NCBI GenBank assembly: GCA_024404095.1
Contig: JAKSQO010000001.1
Location: 7,037 to 71,036 of the forward strand
Length of the DNA: 64,000 nt
Direction of reading: 5' to 3'
Source of the DNA: Clostridia bacterium
Lineage (GTDB): Bacteria > Bacillota > Clostridia > Oscillospirales > Acutalibacteraceae
A program made the position numbers and the translations under genes. The notes beneath the pieces were generated by a model that had not been told where the DNA came from, did not search any database, and saw only the letters and a list, made by a program, of their open reading frames with translations. Shown in pieces: positions 9,506-18,135 of the stretch. Every line of letters begins with the position of its first letter. Position 1 is the stretch's first letter.

Positions 9506-10072
9506 ATGAAAAAGTTTATTTTTACTCCCATGTGGAAAATTGAACAAACGGAAAAATTACTTGCTGAGTATGAAAAAGAAGGATTCAGATTTACATCAAT
9601 AAGATTCCCGTATATCTTTGAATTTAAAGAATCTAAACCAAAGAATGCATTGTATTTTATTACGAAGTATTACCAAGAGAGCAGTGATACTTCTATTAAT
9701 CTTGATCTTAATCTGACAGTCGAGCATCATTGTTCACCCATTGGCAAATTTGAGCCGCATACAGGATATAATGTATTTCGAACATTAAAGACGGATGATT
9801 TTACTGAATTCAAACGAATGCGTGCTGATTTTTTCCGTAGGCTTTACCGCAGCATTTTAATCGGAGACCTTGTATTTCTGGTTTGGTTTGTCGTTATGTT
9901 TATTCTTTCTCTGCACGGAAATAATGGCGGAAACGGAAACGCATTGTTTATATCCGTTTTTGTGTTCTTAATTTTATCGTCAGCGTACAGTCTTTTCGGA
10001 TATTTAAAAGAAAGAAAAGCATATAATTATTATAATAAAATTTATAAAGATAACAAAAAAGCTTCGGAATGA
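9506..10072 (+). CDS. Hypothetical membrane protein, tentatively DUF2812-like
   Basis: 188 aa, beginning 2 nt after the upstream stop. A soluble N-domain (MWKIEQTEKLLAEYEKEGFRF) is followed by two TM helices. The gene is visibly more AT-rich than its neighbours. Confidence 0.5.
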   Translation: MKKFIFTPMWKIEQTEKLLAEYEKEGFRFTSIRFPYIFEFKESKPKNALYFITKYYQESSDTSINLDLNLTVEHHCSPIGKFEPHTGYNVFRTLKTDDFTEFKRMRADFFRRLYRSILIGDLVFLVWFVVMFILSLHGNNGGNGNALFISVFVFLILSSAYSLFGYLKERKAYNYYNKIYKDNKKASE

Positions 10073-10087
10073 CCCGAAGCTTTTTTT
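10055..10087 (+). terminator. Rho-independent terminator of the CNNM operon
   Basis: GCTTCGG/CCGAAGC stem (10061-10067/10074-10080) is flanked by an A6 run and a T7 run. The stop codon lies in the loop. Confidence 0.8.
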
Positions 10088-10306
10088 AATCTTATGTATA
10101 GTTTAGAAAATCCAGCCTGCAAGATGTTTGAGAACACCGAGGATGATTAAAATTCCGAAATCCCAGAATGCTGACATACCTTTTCGCCCACACGGATATA
10201 ATGCGGACATCCTCCTTTCTGAAATCGCTTTATTTTCTTATATCACAATTATTACATTTTGTCAAGAGTGTATAAGTTATTCTGTTCCGTTATTTATAAT
10301 TAAAAA

Positions 10307-10377
10307 TGTCATTCTAAGGAGCTTGCGACGAAGAATCTTATATATATCAAAGCTGTGATTCTTCGCTCAGAATGACA
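10307..10377. repeat. Member of a dispersed inverted-repeat (REP/MITE-like) family, copy A
   Basis: Left arm is TGTCATTCTAAGGAGCTTGCGACGAAGAATC and right arm is GATTCTTCGCTCAGAATGACA. The same termini occur at 34605-34644 and 58281-58357. Confidence 0.7.
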
Positions 10378-10468
10378 CTCTGCGGAGTGCGTCTCAGGAC
10401 TCTGCCCTGATAACCCGCAGCCTTTGAAAAGGTTGCCGAAACTTTTTCATTTTTATCTCTTAATAAAA

Positions 10469-10494
10469 ATACCACCCGATTGCTCGGATGGTAT
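10469..10494 (-). terminator. Rho-independent terminator after the aminotransferase gene
   Basis: Hairpin ATACCA(C)CCGA...TCGG(A)TGGTAT is followed on the minus strand by TTTTTATT. Confidence 0.6.
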
Positions 10495-10502
10495 AAACTG
10501 TT

Positions 10503-11723
10503 TTAGTCATTCTTCTGCCAATATCCGTTAAGGAAGTCGCCGATGTCACGCATAGCCTGTGCCATCTCGTTCGGTTCGGGAAGCATAACAATGCGGAAGT
10601 GGTCGGGTGTATGCCAATCAAAGCCTGAACCTGGAACAATGAAAATGTGCTTCTCGTGAAGAAGGTCAAACGCAAACTTCTTGTCATTTGTGATGTTGAA
10701 CTTCTTGATGTCAAGCTTCGGGAACACATAGAATGCACCGTGATTCTTGACGCAGGTAAGACCGTCAATCTTTTCAATCTCTCTCATTGTTGCCTCTCTC
10801 TGCTCATAAAGACGTCCGCCGGGAACAAGCATAGCCTGTGTTGAAGCGTTGTCCTCAAGTGCTGCAGGAATTACAAGCTGTGTAAGTGTGTTTGAGCAAA
10901 GACGCATGGCTGCCATCTGGAAGATACCCTCTACATAATCGTCAGCCTTACCCTTGTAACCGCTTATGCACATCCAGCCGCAGCGGAAACCGCAAATGAT
11001 GTGAGACTTTGAAAGACCGTTCATTGTGATAACCATTCTGTCGGGAGCAAGAGCAGCTGTTGAATAATGCTCAACACCGTCCATAACAAGTCTGTCATAA
11101 ATTTCATCAGAGAAGATGATGAGGTCATTCTGACGTGCAACCTCGATAATGTCCTCAAGAACCTCCTTCGGGTAAACTGTACCTGTGGGGTTGTTGGGGT
11201 TGATGATTACGATAGCCTTTGTTTTCTTTGAAACCTTAGCCTTGATATCGTCAATGTCCGGATACCAGTTGTTCTCTTCGTTACATGTATAGAAAACGGG
11301 CTGACCGCCTGCAATGTATGTTGAGTTTGACCAGAGCGAGTAGCTCGGCGAAGGCATAAGAACCTCATCACCCTTGTTAAGCAGAGGAAGAAGCGCCATA
11401 AGAACAAGCTCTGAAACACCGTTGCCGATATAGATATCGTCGGGAGTTATGCCCTGAATACCCTTTGACTTGTGATAGTTGCAGATTGCTTCTCTTGCAT
11501 TGGGCATACCCTTAAGGTCGCAGTACGCAACAGCCTTGTCGGCATTGTTAAGAAGAGCTTCCTTAACGCTGTCGGGCATACCGAAGCCGAACGTAGCAGG
11601 GTTACCTGTATTAAGGCGGAGAACCTTGATTCCCTCTTTGTTCATACGCTGGCTTTCAAGATAAAGAGGACCTCTTATATCGGAATGTACGGGCTGTAAG
11701 TTTTCTGATCTGATAATTTCCAT
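10503..11723 (-). CDS. alaA: Alanine aminotransferase-like PLP-dependent aminotransferase (class I/II)
   Basis: 406 aa. N-terminal DIRGPLYLESQRMNKEGIKVLRLNTGNPATFGF closely resembles the E. coli AlaA N-terminus. The PLP lysine context is NGLSKSHIICGFRCGW. Confidence 0.75.
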   Translation of the reverse strand: MEIIRSENLQPVHSDIRGPLYLESQRMNKEGIKVLRLNTGNPATFGFGMPDSVKEALLNNADKAVAYCDLKGMPNAREAICNYHKSKGIQGITPDDIYIGNGVSELVLMALLPLLNKGDEVLMPSPSYSLWSNSTYIAGGQPVFYTCNEENNWYPDIDDIKAKVSKKTKAIVIINPNNPTGTVYPKEVLEDIIEVARQNDLIIFSDEIYDRLVMDGVEHYSTAALAPDRMVITMNGLSKSHIICGFRCGWMCISGYKGKADDYVEGIFQMAAMRLCSNTLTQLVIPAALEDNASTQAMLVPGGRLYEQREATMREIEKIDGLTCVKNHGAFYVFPKLDIKKFNITNDKKFAFDLLHEKHIFIVPGSGFDWHTPDHFRIVMLPEPNEMAQAMRDIGDFLNGYWQKND

Positions 11724-11816
11724 AAATGTCTCCTATCCGCCTCAACGGCTGTATAATATTACAGAAATATAGTATAATTATTCATTCTTAAAATGTCAAG
11801 TGTTTTTTCTGATTTT

Positions 11817-13250
11817 TCATTTTAATTCATTAGATTTTCTTACATATGCGTAAACTGGCTCAAGCTTTTCCTTGGTGAGCGGGTATGCAAATTTGTAAAG
11901 AATGAAGATTAACGTGTATGTTATTGCAGGGATAACGGTGCATACTGTCAGGATTCCTTCGCTGACACCCTTTACATAGCCTGCGTTTGCCATAACATTT
12001 ACGTCATAGCCAACCTTTGCGAGAAGTGTAAGTCCGCCGTAGTCAGCCGCTGTCTGACCGAGCTTACGGCAGAATGTATAAACAGCGTATATTGCGCTCT
12101 CACCCTTGATACCTGTCTTATATTCCTGATAGTCAATAACGTCGGCGACAACAGCCCAGTTTGTGATTGAAACAAACGAATAGCCGAAGCCGATAACAAA
12201 CAGGAATAGAATGAAAAGCCATGACTGGTCGGGTCTGGGCTTGACAACAAAGGTTGCAATAGCGGCAGCAGCTGAGAAAAACGCACCGAAGCCGCTGAGC
12301 TCCTTTTTTCCGTAACGCTTTACAAGCTTCGGTACAAACGGAATCATAATCGCCATAGGCAGATACTGAGCGATTGTACCGAGGACAGAAAGACTTGTGT
12401 TGCAGAAGTAGTTTTTATAAAGATACTGGTTGAGCGAAGCGAACTGAAGCTGACCGCTGATAAGTATACCTGTGACTGCGAGTACGATAAACGGACGGCT
12501 CTTGAACATTGCGCCGTAAGTCTTTTTGAAATCGACATTCGGCTCTGCCGCCGAGGGAACGCGTTCCTTTGTTGTGCCGTAGCAGGCAAAATAGAATATG
12601 ACCGCACAAACAGCCATAGCAACAGCGAAAATAAACATACCGTTTGCATTGGCAACATTGTATGTACCGCCGTTTCCGTCCTCGACCTTAGTATAGATAA
12701 TGTACGGCGCAAGAAGAAGCGGAGCGGCGCCGCCGATACCGCCGCCGATTGTGCGGAAAGTTGAAAGCAGGGTTCTGCCGTCGGGGTCATCGGTTATAAC
12801 AGAAGCGAGCGAGCCGAACGGTACGTTCATTCCCGTATAAAGCATACCGAAAGCGATATATGTAACGTAAGCAAAAGCGAGAATTATCCAGTCTTTTTCA
12901 GTAAATGAGCGGATATTCATAAAGCAGAGAAGCTGTGAAGCCGCAAGAGGAATCGCAATCCACTTTAAGTACGAGCGGTATTTGCCGTTTTTATCGGGTT
13001 TTCTTTTTGCGACAACCGCACCCCACAGCGGGTCATTGATTGCGTCCCACAGACGGGTGAAAAGAAAGAGATTGGCAACCTTTTTCGGCGCAATCTTTAA
13101 AACATCGGTGTAGAAAACCTTAAGGAATGACGAAACATATGTCAGTACAAACAGATTACCTGCGTCACCGAGCATATATCCGAGTCCTTCTTTGATTCCT
13201 ATTTTATTCGGGTGAGTGTTCTGCGAGGATTCTTTAGCTTTTTTTGACAT
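11817..13250 (-). CDS. Glycoside-pentoside-hexuronide (GPH):cation symporter family transporter
   Basis: 477 aa with 12 predicted TM helices and the GPH signature TRLWDAINDPLWG. Confidence 0.85.
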   Translation of the reverse strand: MSKKAKESSQNTHPNKIGIKEGLGYMLGDAGNLFVLTYVSSFLKVFYTDVLKIAPKKVANLFLFTRLWDAINDPLWGAVVAKRKPDKNGKYRSYLKWIAIPLAASQLLCFMNIRSFTEKDWIILAFAYVTYIAFGMLYTGMNVPFGSLASVITDDPDGRTLLSTFRTIGGGIGGAAPLLLAPYIIYTKVEDGNGGTYNVANANGMFIFAVAMAVCAVIFYFACYGTTKERVPSAAEPNVDFKKTYGAMFKSRPFIVLAVTGILISGQLQFASLNQYLYKNYFCNTSLSVLGTIAQYLPMAIMIPFVPKLVKRYGKKELSGFGAFFSAAAAIATFVVKPRPDQSWLFILFLFVIGFGYSFVSITNWAVVADVIDYQEYKTGIKGESAIYAVYTFCRKLGQTAADYGGLTLLAKVGYDVNVMANAGYVKGVSEGILTVCTVIPAITYTLIFILYKFAYPLTKEKLEPVYAYVRKSNELK

Positions 13251-13399
13251 AAAATAACCCCTTTATTACAATAAATGTATAATTATTATATTATATGAAT
13301 AATTCATTTTCAAGAATTATTCAGTAATAATTGTTGAAAATGTAGAATTTTAAAATTTGTTGTGCTATAATCAGAAAAACGGCTAAAAGGGATGATTTT

Positions 13400-13546
13400 A
13401 TGTCGGATGAAAAAGAAATACACGATAATAAAGAACTTTATGAACGCCAGGTCGAGATGCTTAAAATGTTCCTTGAAAAAGGAGTTATATCAAAGGCTCA
13501 GTTTGACAAGAGCTACGGCGACCTGACGAAGAAAATGAAGCTGTGA
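13400..13546 (+). CDS. Small SHOCT-like protein (48 aa)
   Basis: This ORF is not in the track because it is under 60 aa. It reads MSDEKEIHDNKELYERQVEMLKMFLEKGVISKAQFDKSYGDLTKKMKL. An AAGGGA RBS lies 6 nt upstream and the ORF ends 9 nt before the next gene. The LEKGVISKAQF pattern resembles the SHOCT motif. Confidence 0.4.
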   Translation: MSDEKEIHDNKELYERQVEMLKMFLEKGVISKAQFDKSYGDLTKKMKL

Positions 13547-13555
13547 GGTAAGGCT

Positions 13556-14698
13556 ATGTACGAGGATATTAAAAGCGGTATTGACCCTTTTGATGAGGAT
13601 GATATTGACGAGATAAAATATTACAGGACTGCTGACGGAAAAATTAAAATTGTATTTTATTTCAGCGTTGCCTGCTTCAGAGCAACACTGCGTATCGGCG
13701 ATAAGGTGTTCGTTGACGGCTTCAACGATAAAGAGCCGTATGACAACAACACACACTTTTTCTATGTTCCCGAGGAGCTTCTGACAGCTGAAAGCGAGCT
13801 GCTGTTCACCGCTGAGGATGCTTTTGAGGATGGCGATTTACTCTACATTGAGCTTACATACGGTGAACCCGAATTCGCTGACAGAGATGCGCTCTTAGCT
13901 GAATACAACAGCCATATTGAAACTGTGAAAGAGGAAACCGAGGTGGTATGTGACGGCGTTGTTTATTCTCATATGCTCTGCGAGGACAAAAATAACGCGC
14001 CTGTTCATATGTTTCTTCTTGAGGTTGACAGCAGTAAGGCTTCACTTTATGTCGGTACTCCCGATGACGGATATGATAATGTTGAGGTCTGTGCAAAGGT
14101 TCCCGAAATGATTAACTCGGCGGTTAAGAACGGACATAACGCCGTTGCTGCCGTCAATGCGGATTTCTTTGATATTTTCGGAAATAAAAGTCCGTCGGGA
14201 CTGTGCGTAAAGAACGGCAGAGTTGTTGCCAACGCAGACAGCAGCCGACCGTTTATCGGAATTAAAAAGGACGGAACTCCCCTGCTGACCACACTTACAG
14301 AAAATCCCGATGTAATAAACGAGCTTGACTGCGCAGCCGCAGGACTTGAGATGATTGTCAAAGACGGCAAAATCTTTGAATGGGGCGAGCTTGAACCGTT
14401 CAGCTATGTAAGACATCCGAGAACAGCCGCAGGACTGACAAAGGACGGAAAGATACTTCTGCTTGTTGTTGACGGCAGAATACCCGATTACTCAAATGGC
14501 GCAACTCTTGTTGACCTTGCTGATTTTATGATTTCAAGAGGTGCTGACAGAGCGCTGAACCTTGATGGCGGCGGTTCGTCTGTAATTTATACAAAACGCG
14601 GCGCTGAATTTGTTCTGCACTCAAATCCCGCAGACCTTTTCCGACCGTTTGATAAGCTTATAAGAGATGAATTTAACTGTATTATTGTCACAAAGTGA
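13556..14698 (+). CDS. Phosphodiester glycosidase family protein (DUF2233/NAGPA-like)
   Basis: 380 aa with motifs AVNADFFD, GLCVKNGRVV, HPRTAAGLTKDGKILLLVVDGR and ALNLDGGGSS. Confidence 0.75.
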   Translation: MYEDIKSGIDPFDEDDIDEIKYYRTADGKIKIVFYFSVACFRATLRIGDKVFVDGFNDKEPYDNNTHFFYVPEELLTAESELLFTAEDAFEDGDLLYIELTYGEPEFADRDALLAEYNSHIETVKEETEVVCDGVVYSHMLCEDKNNAPVHMFLLEVDSSKASLYVGTPDDGYDNVEVCAKVPEMINSAVKNGHNAVAAVNADFFDIFGNKSPSGLCVKNGRVVANADSSRPFIGIKKDGTPLLTTLTENPDVINELDCAAAGLEMIVKDGKIFEWGELEPFSYVRHPRTAAGLTKDGKILLLVVDGRIPDYSNGATLVDLADFMISRGADRALNLDGGGSSVIYTKRGAEFVLHSNPADLFRPFDKLIRDEFNCIIVTK

Positions 14699-14710
14699 GG
14701 AGATAGAACT

Positions 14711-15634
14711 ATGAAATTAAGCATTCAGACAGGCGATATTGTTGACCGCCTCGGACTTGAAAAAGGATATAAAGCCATAAAAGATATTGGATTTGACGCT
14801 GTCGACTGGAACCTTGACCATGCGTGGAAGTCAGCAGACCTGCGTTCGGGTGATTACAGAGGTAAGTGCATTTTTGAAAAGCCGCTCGAGGATGTCATTA
14901 AGCATTATGAATATGAGCTGAATATAATTAAAAGCAACGGACTTGAAATCACACAGGCTCACGCACCGTTTCCTGCCTGCATGGATAATATTGAGGAAAC
15001 GCTTGACTACGCAATCGAGGTTTACAAGAGAAATATCGAATACTGTTCATACGCAGGCTGTAAGAACCTTGTAATTCACGGTATTTCTTACAGGCTCGGT
15101 GACAAGTTCAGCAAGGATGAAATCGACAGAAAGAACAGAAAGCTTTACAGCTCACTTATCCCTACCCTGCTTGAAAATAATGTTACGGTTTGTCTTGAAA
15201 ATCTTTTCTCCTCACAGAGAGGTGTCTGCTATCAGGGACATTGCTCTTATCCCGAGGAGGCTAAGAAAGAGATTGATGAGCTGAACGCGCTTGCGGGCAA
15301 GGAGGTTTTCGGCTTCTGTCTTGACACGGGTCACGCAAATCTGCTTCACCACGATATCAGAAGCTTCATTCTGACACTCGGCAAGCGTATCAAGTGCCTT
15401 CATATTCACGATAACAACGGTCAGAACGATCAGCATCTTGCACCGCTGACAGGTACTCTCGACTGGGAAAACTTCTGTACGGCTATGAATGAAATCGGTT
15501 ACGATAATGACCTCAGCTTTGAAACCTTCGCTCAGACAAATCTTGTAATGAACTTTGACGAAGATATGCTTTATCCGTGGATGAAGCTGATTCAGAGTAC
15601 AGGCGAATGCTTCAGAAGAAGAATTGAAAAATAA
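14711..15634 (+). CDS. Sugar phosphate isomerase/epimerase (xylose isomerase-like TIM barrel)
   Basis: 307 aa with metal-binding pattern VCLEN...LDTGHANL...LHIHDN...H. Confidence 0.8.
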   Translation: MKLSIQTGDIVDRLGLEKGYKAIKDIGFDAVDWNLDHAWKSADLRSGDYRGKCIFEKPLEDVIKHYEYELNIIKSNGLEITQAHAPFPACMDNIEETLDYAIEVYKRNIEYCSYAGCKNLVIHGISYRLGDKFSKDEIDRKNRKLYSSLIPTLLENNVTVCLENLFSSQRGVCYQGHCSYPEEAKKEIDELNALAGKEVFGFCLDTGHANLLHHDIRSFILTLGKRIKCLHIHDNNGQNDQHLAPLTGTLDWENFCTAMNEIGYDNDLSFETFAQTNLVMNFDEDMLYPWMKLIQSTGECFRRRIEK

Positions 15635-15705
15635 ATCAAAAATAAGTTGACATTTTGCCCCGATTAAGATATAATAACACGGTGCTTTGAGGGCACCAAA
15701 TAATT

Positions 15706-15781
15706 CGGGGTGTAGCGCAGTTGGTAGCGCGCTTGCTTTGGGAGCAAGATGTCGGGTGTTCGAGTCACCTCACTCCGACCA
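15706..15781 (+). tRNA. tRNA-Pro (anticodon UGG)
   Basis: 76-nt cloverleaf folded by hand. Acceptor is CGGGGTG/CACTCCG (one G-U), the anticodon loop is TTTGGGA, the T-loop is TTCGAGT, and CCA is encoded. Confidence 0.9.
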
Positions 15782-15784
15782 AAA

Positions 15785-15822
15785 AATCTGCGGTACATGT
15801 AGTGTACTCGCAGATTTTTTAT
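15785..15822 (+). terminator. Rho-independent terminator after tRNA-Pro
   Basis: Long hairpin AATCTGCGGTACA...TGTAC(T)CGCAGATT is followed by a T6 run. Confidence 0.8.
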
Positions 15823-15898
15823 TATAATGACTCAAACACTGAGAGTGTAAAGAGCGTAAAAAACAGTCCGGTGGACTATTTTTTTAGGAGGAAATCCT

Positions 15899-16432
15899 AT
15901 GAGCGAAAAACAACATTCAACCTTATGCACTAACTGCGGTGCGCCGCTTGACATTGACCCAAATGCTGAAGTTGTCAAATGTGAATATTGTGAAACAGTA
16001 TACCCGGTTTCAGATTACATTAAAAAGAATGAAACAGTAATTATTAAAGAAATAACAGTGCATGAGGAGAAAAAGAAAAGTAAGTCTAAAAAATATATGG
16101 TATTAACATGTCTGTCTCTTCTCTTTGCCTACGCTTCAGTTTACAGCGAAGAAAAAAGTTTCGTTGCTTTTGCAATCGCTCTTGTTCAGGCACTTCTGTT
16201 CTTCCTTGTCTGGCTGAAGGAAACCAACAAAATAAATATGTCGGTTAATAAAACATTTTTTGTCGCAGTTGCTGTCGTACTATATATACCGTTCCTGATC
16301 TTTTTCCCGACCGACGTTGAAAATGAAGACAGAAGTACTGCAGAAACCTCTACTGTAATCACTGAAGATTATATAGAAGACATCTCGGAGTATTCGATCG
16401 TTACTTCTGAATTACCAGACACGATTTCTTAA
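15899..16432 (+). CDS. Hypothetical zinc-ribbon membrane protein
   Basis: 177 aa with an N-terminal CxxC...CxxC ribbon (CTNCGAPL...KCEYCETVY), three TM helices and an acidic tail. An AGGAGG RBS precedes it. Confidence 0.6.
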   Translation: MSEKQHSTLCTNCGAPLDIDPNAEVVKCEYCETVYPVSDYIKKNETVIIKEITVHEEKKKSKSKKYMVLTCLSLLFAYASVYSEEKSFVAFAIALVQALLFFLVWLKETNKINMSVNKTFFVAVAVVLYIPFLIFFPTDVENEDRSTAETSTVITEDYIEDISEYSIVTSELPDTIS

Positions 16433-16458
16433 AATTTTAAATAATACAGGAGAAAACT

Positions 16459-17376
16459 ATGAAATTATCAACTACAACAGCCGATTTCCGAGGCTACTTT
16501 GAAACCCCTGCCGAATGGGTAAGAGCTTACGAAGGAACAGGCTTCAGACATCTCGATTATTCATTTTATAAAGCAAACTACCCTGATTCGCCGTTTATGA
16601 GTGATAAAGACTGGATGAAAGAGGTTATTGATGCAGCTACTGCTGCCGAAAAGCTCGGTTATGATTTCGTTCAGGCTCATTCCCCGGGAAATGACCCGTT
16701 CAGAGATGATTTCGATACCGTTGTCAAGGGCAATATACGTTCGATAGAAGCCTGCAGCTACCTCGGAATTGACAAGATTGTAGTTCATTCAGGCAGATCG
16801 GACAGATTTGTTATGCCCGACGGCAAAAAGAAATATTTTGACGGTATCAAGCGTTTTTATGAAGCCTTATACCCTGCCATGGAAAAGTACAACGTATTTG
16901 TTCTTGCAGAAAACTATACACCGGCAAAGGAAGGCGTATGCTCTCTGTATAACAGTGACAATCTGCTGGAGCTTCTTGATTACTGTAACCATCCGCTTCT
17001 CGGTATCTGCTGGGACGTCGGTCACGCAAATATGATCAATCCTGCACAGTATAATGATATTGTCAATCTCGGTGATAAGCTTAAGGCTGTACATATTCAG
17101 GACAACATGGGACAGCATGATGACCATATTTGTCCCTACATGGGAACGCTTGATATCGATGCTGTTATGTGCGGACTTAAAGACAATGGGTTTGTTGACC
17201 GAAACGGTGTTTTTACTTTTGAATGTGATGACATAGTCAGCTTTGCAGGAAGACGTAACCACAGTATGCCGTCAATTGCCGCTGAACCGACTGCCGAAGT
17301 AAAAAAAGCCGCTGTTACAATGATGTACGAAGTCGGCAAAGCAATTCTGACAAAATACGGATTGTTTGAAGATTAA
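16459..17376 (+). CDS. Sugar phosphate isomerase/epimerase (xylose isomerase-like TIM barrel), paralogue of 14711-15634
   Basis: 305 aa with VLAEN...WDVGHANM...VHIQDN...H metal-site pattern. Confidence 0.8.
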   Translation: MKLSTTTADFRGYFETPAEWVRAYEGTGFRHLDYSFYKANYPDSPFMSDKDWMKEVIDAATAAEKLGYDFVQAHSPGNDPFRDDFDTVVKGNIRSIEACSYLGIDKIVVHSGRSDRFVMPDGKKKYFDGIKRFYEALYPAMEKYNVFVLAENYTPAKEGVCSLYNSDNLLELLDYCNHPLLGICWDVGHANMINPAQYNDIVNLGDKLKAVHIQDNMGQHDDHICPYMGTLDIDAVMCGLKDNGFVDRNGVFTFECDDIVSFAGRRNHSMPSIAAEPTAEVKKAAVTMMYEVGKAILTKYGLFED

Positions 17377-17398
17377 ACAATATCGCACATATAAAGTT

Positions 17399-17431
17399 AA
17401 AGACATTCCTTTTTTCGGAATGTCTTTTTTT
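17399..17431. terminator. Bidirectional rho-independent terminator
   Basis: AAAGACATTCC/GGAATGTCTTT hairpin is flanked by A and T runs and lies between convergent genes. Confidence 0.8.
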
Positions 17432-18134
17432 AAAAGAATTTTCTTCTTATCTTTTCAATTTTCTCTTCGGAAAGTCCTGTGCTGAGAATGTAATTATAAA
17501 CAGAGCCGTACTTTTCATTGAAATGAGAAATAAGACTTTTCATTGTTTCGGGCTTTGAGTAATGCATCTCTCTGTCCTTGCTCCACAATGTAGCTGAATG
17601 TTCCTCGACATATTTTTCAACATAGGTGTATGTAACCTGGTAATCGGCAATGATATCGTCCTCCTGCACACCTGCAATTGTCAGAAGCAGAAGTGTCAGA
17701 ATACCTGTTCTGTCCTTGCCGAAGAAGCAATGATACATCAGTGTACCTTCCTTTGCGTCGGCAATCGCTTCAAGCACAGCTCTGATGCTTTCTTTGTTTT
17801 CATCAACAATGTGATGATAGATGTCGTTGAGCACGGCAAGCGTACCGTTTGCATTGGCGACATTGGCTTCATACAGCGAAATGTTTCTGACCTCAGCACC
17901 TTTTATTCTTCCGAAATCAGGGTTCATATCGTTGGTTTCAAACTCGCCTCTGAGGTCGATAACGGTTCTTACACCGTAATTTTCAAGAAGCTTAACCTCT
18001 TCGTCATCGGGTACTTCAACTACGCCCGCTCTTAAGAACCTGCCGAATTTCGTAATGCCGTACTGACTTTCAAAGCCGCCGAGATCACGGCAGTTGAGTA
18101 TATGAGTCAGATTGATTCTTCTGCGATACTCCAT
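17430..18134 (-). CDS. Tyrosine-protein phosphatase (Y_phosphatase3-like, CX5R)
   Basis: I place the start at the ATG at 18134 (MEYRRRINLTHILNCRDLGG), which removes the overlap with uppP. The active-site loop is HCFFGKDRTG. Confidence 0.8.
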   Translation of the reverse strand: MEYRRRINLTHILNCRDLGGFESQYGITKFGRFLRAGVVEVPDDEEVKLLENYGVRTVIDLRGEFETNDMNPDFGRIKGAEVRNISLYEANVANANGTLAVLNDIYHHIVDENKESIRAVLEAIADAKEGTLMYHCFFGKDRTGILTLLLLTIAGVQEDDIIADYQVTYTYVEKYVEEHSATLWSKDREMHYSKPETMKSLISHFNEKYGSVYNYILSTGLSEEKIEKIRRKFF

Positions 18135-18135
18135 T

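Noticed and set aside
10128-10358. 76-aa ORF in the 430-bp intergenic region.
   Set aside because: It is read across the inverted-repeat element (the VILRSLRRRIL portion is the repeat arm). It has no RBS and is a typical spurious repeat-encoded ORF.
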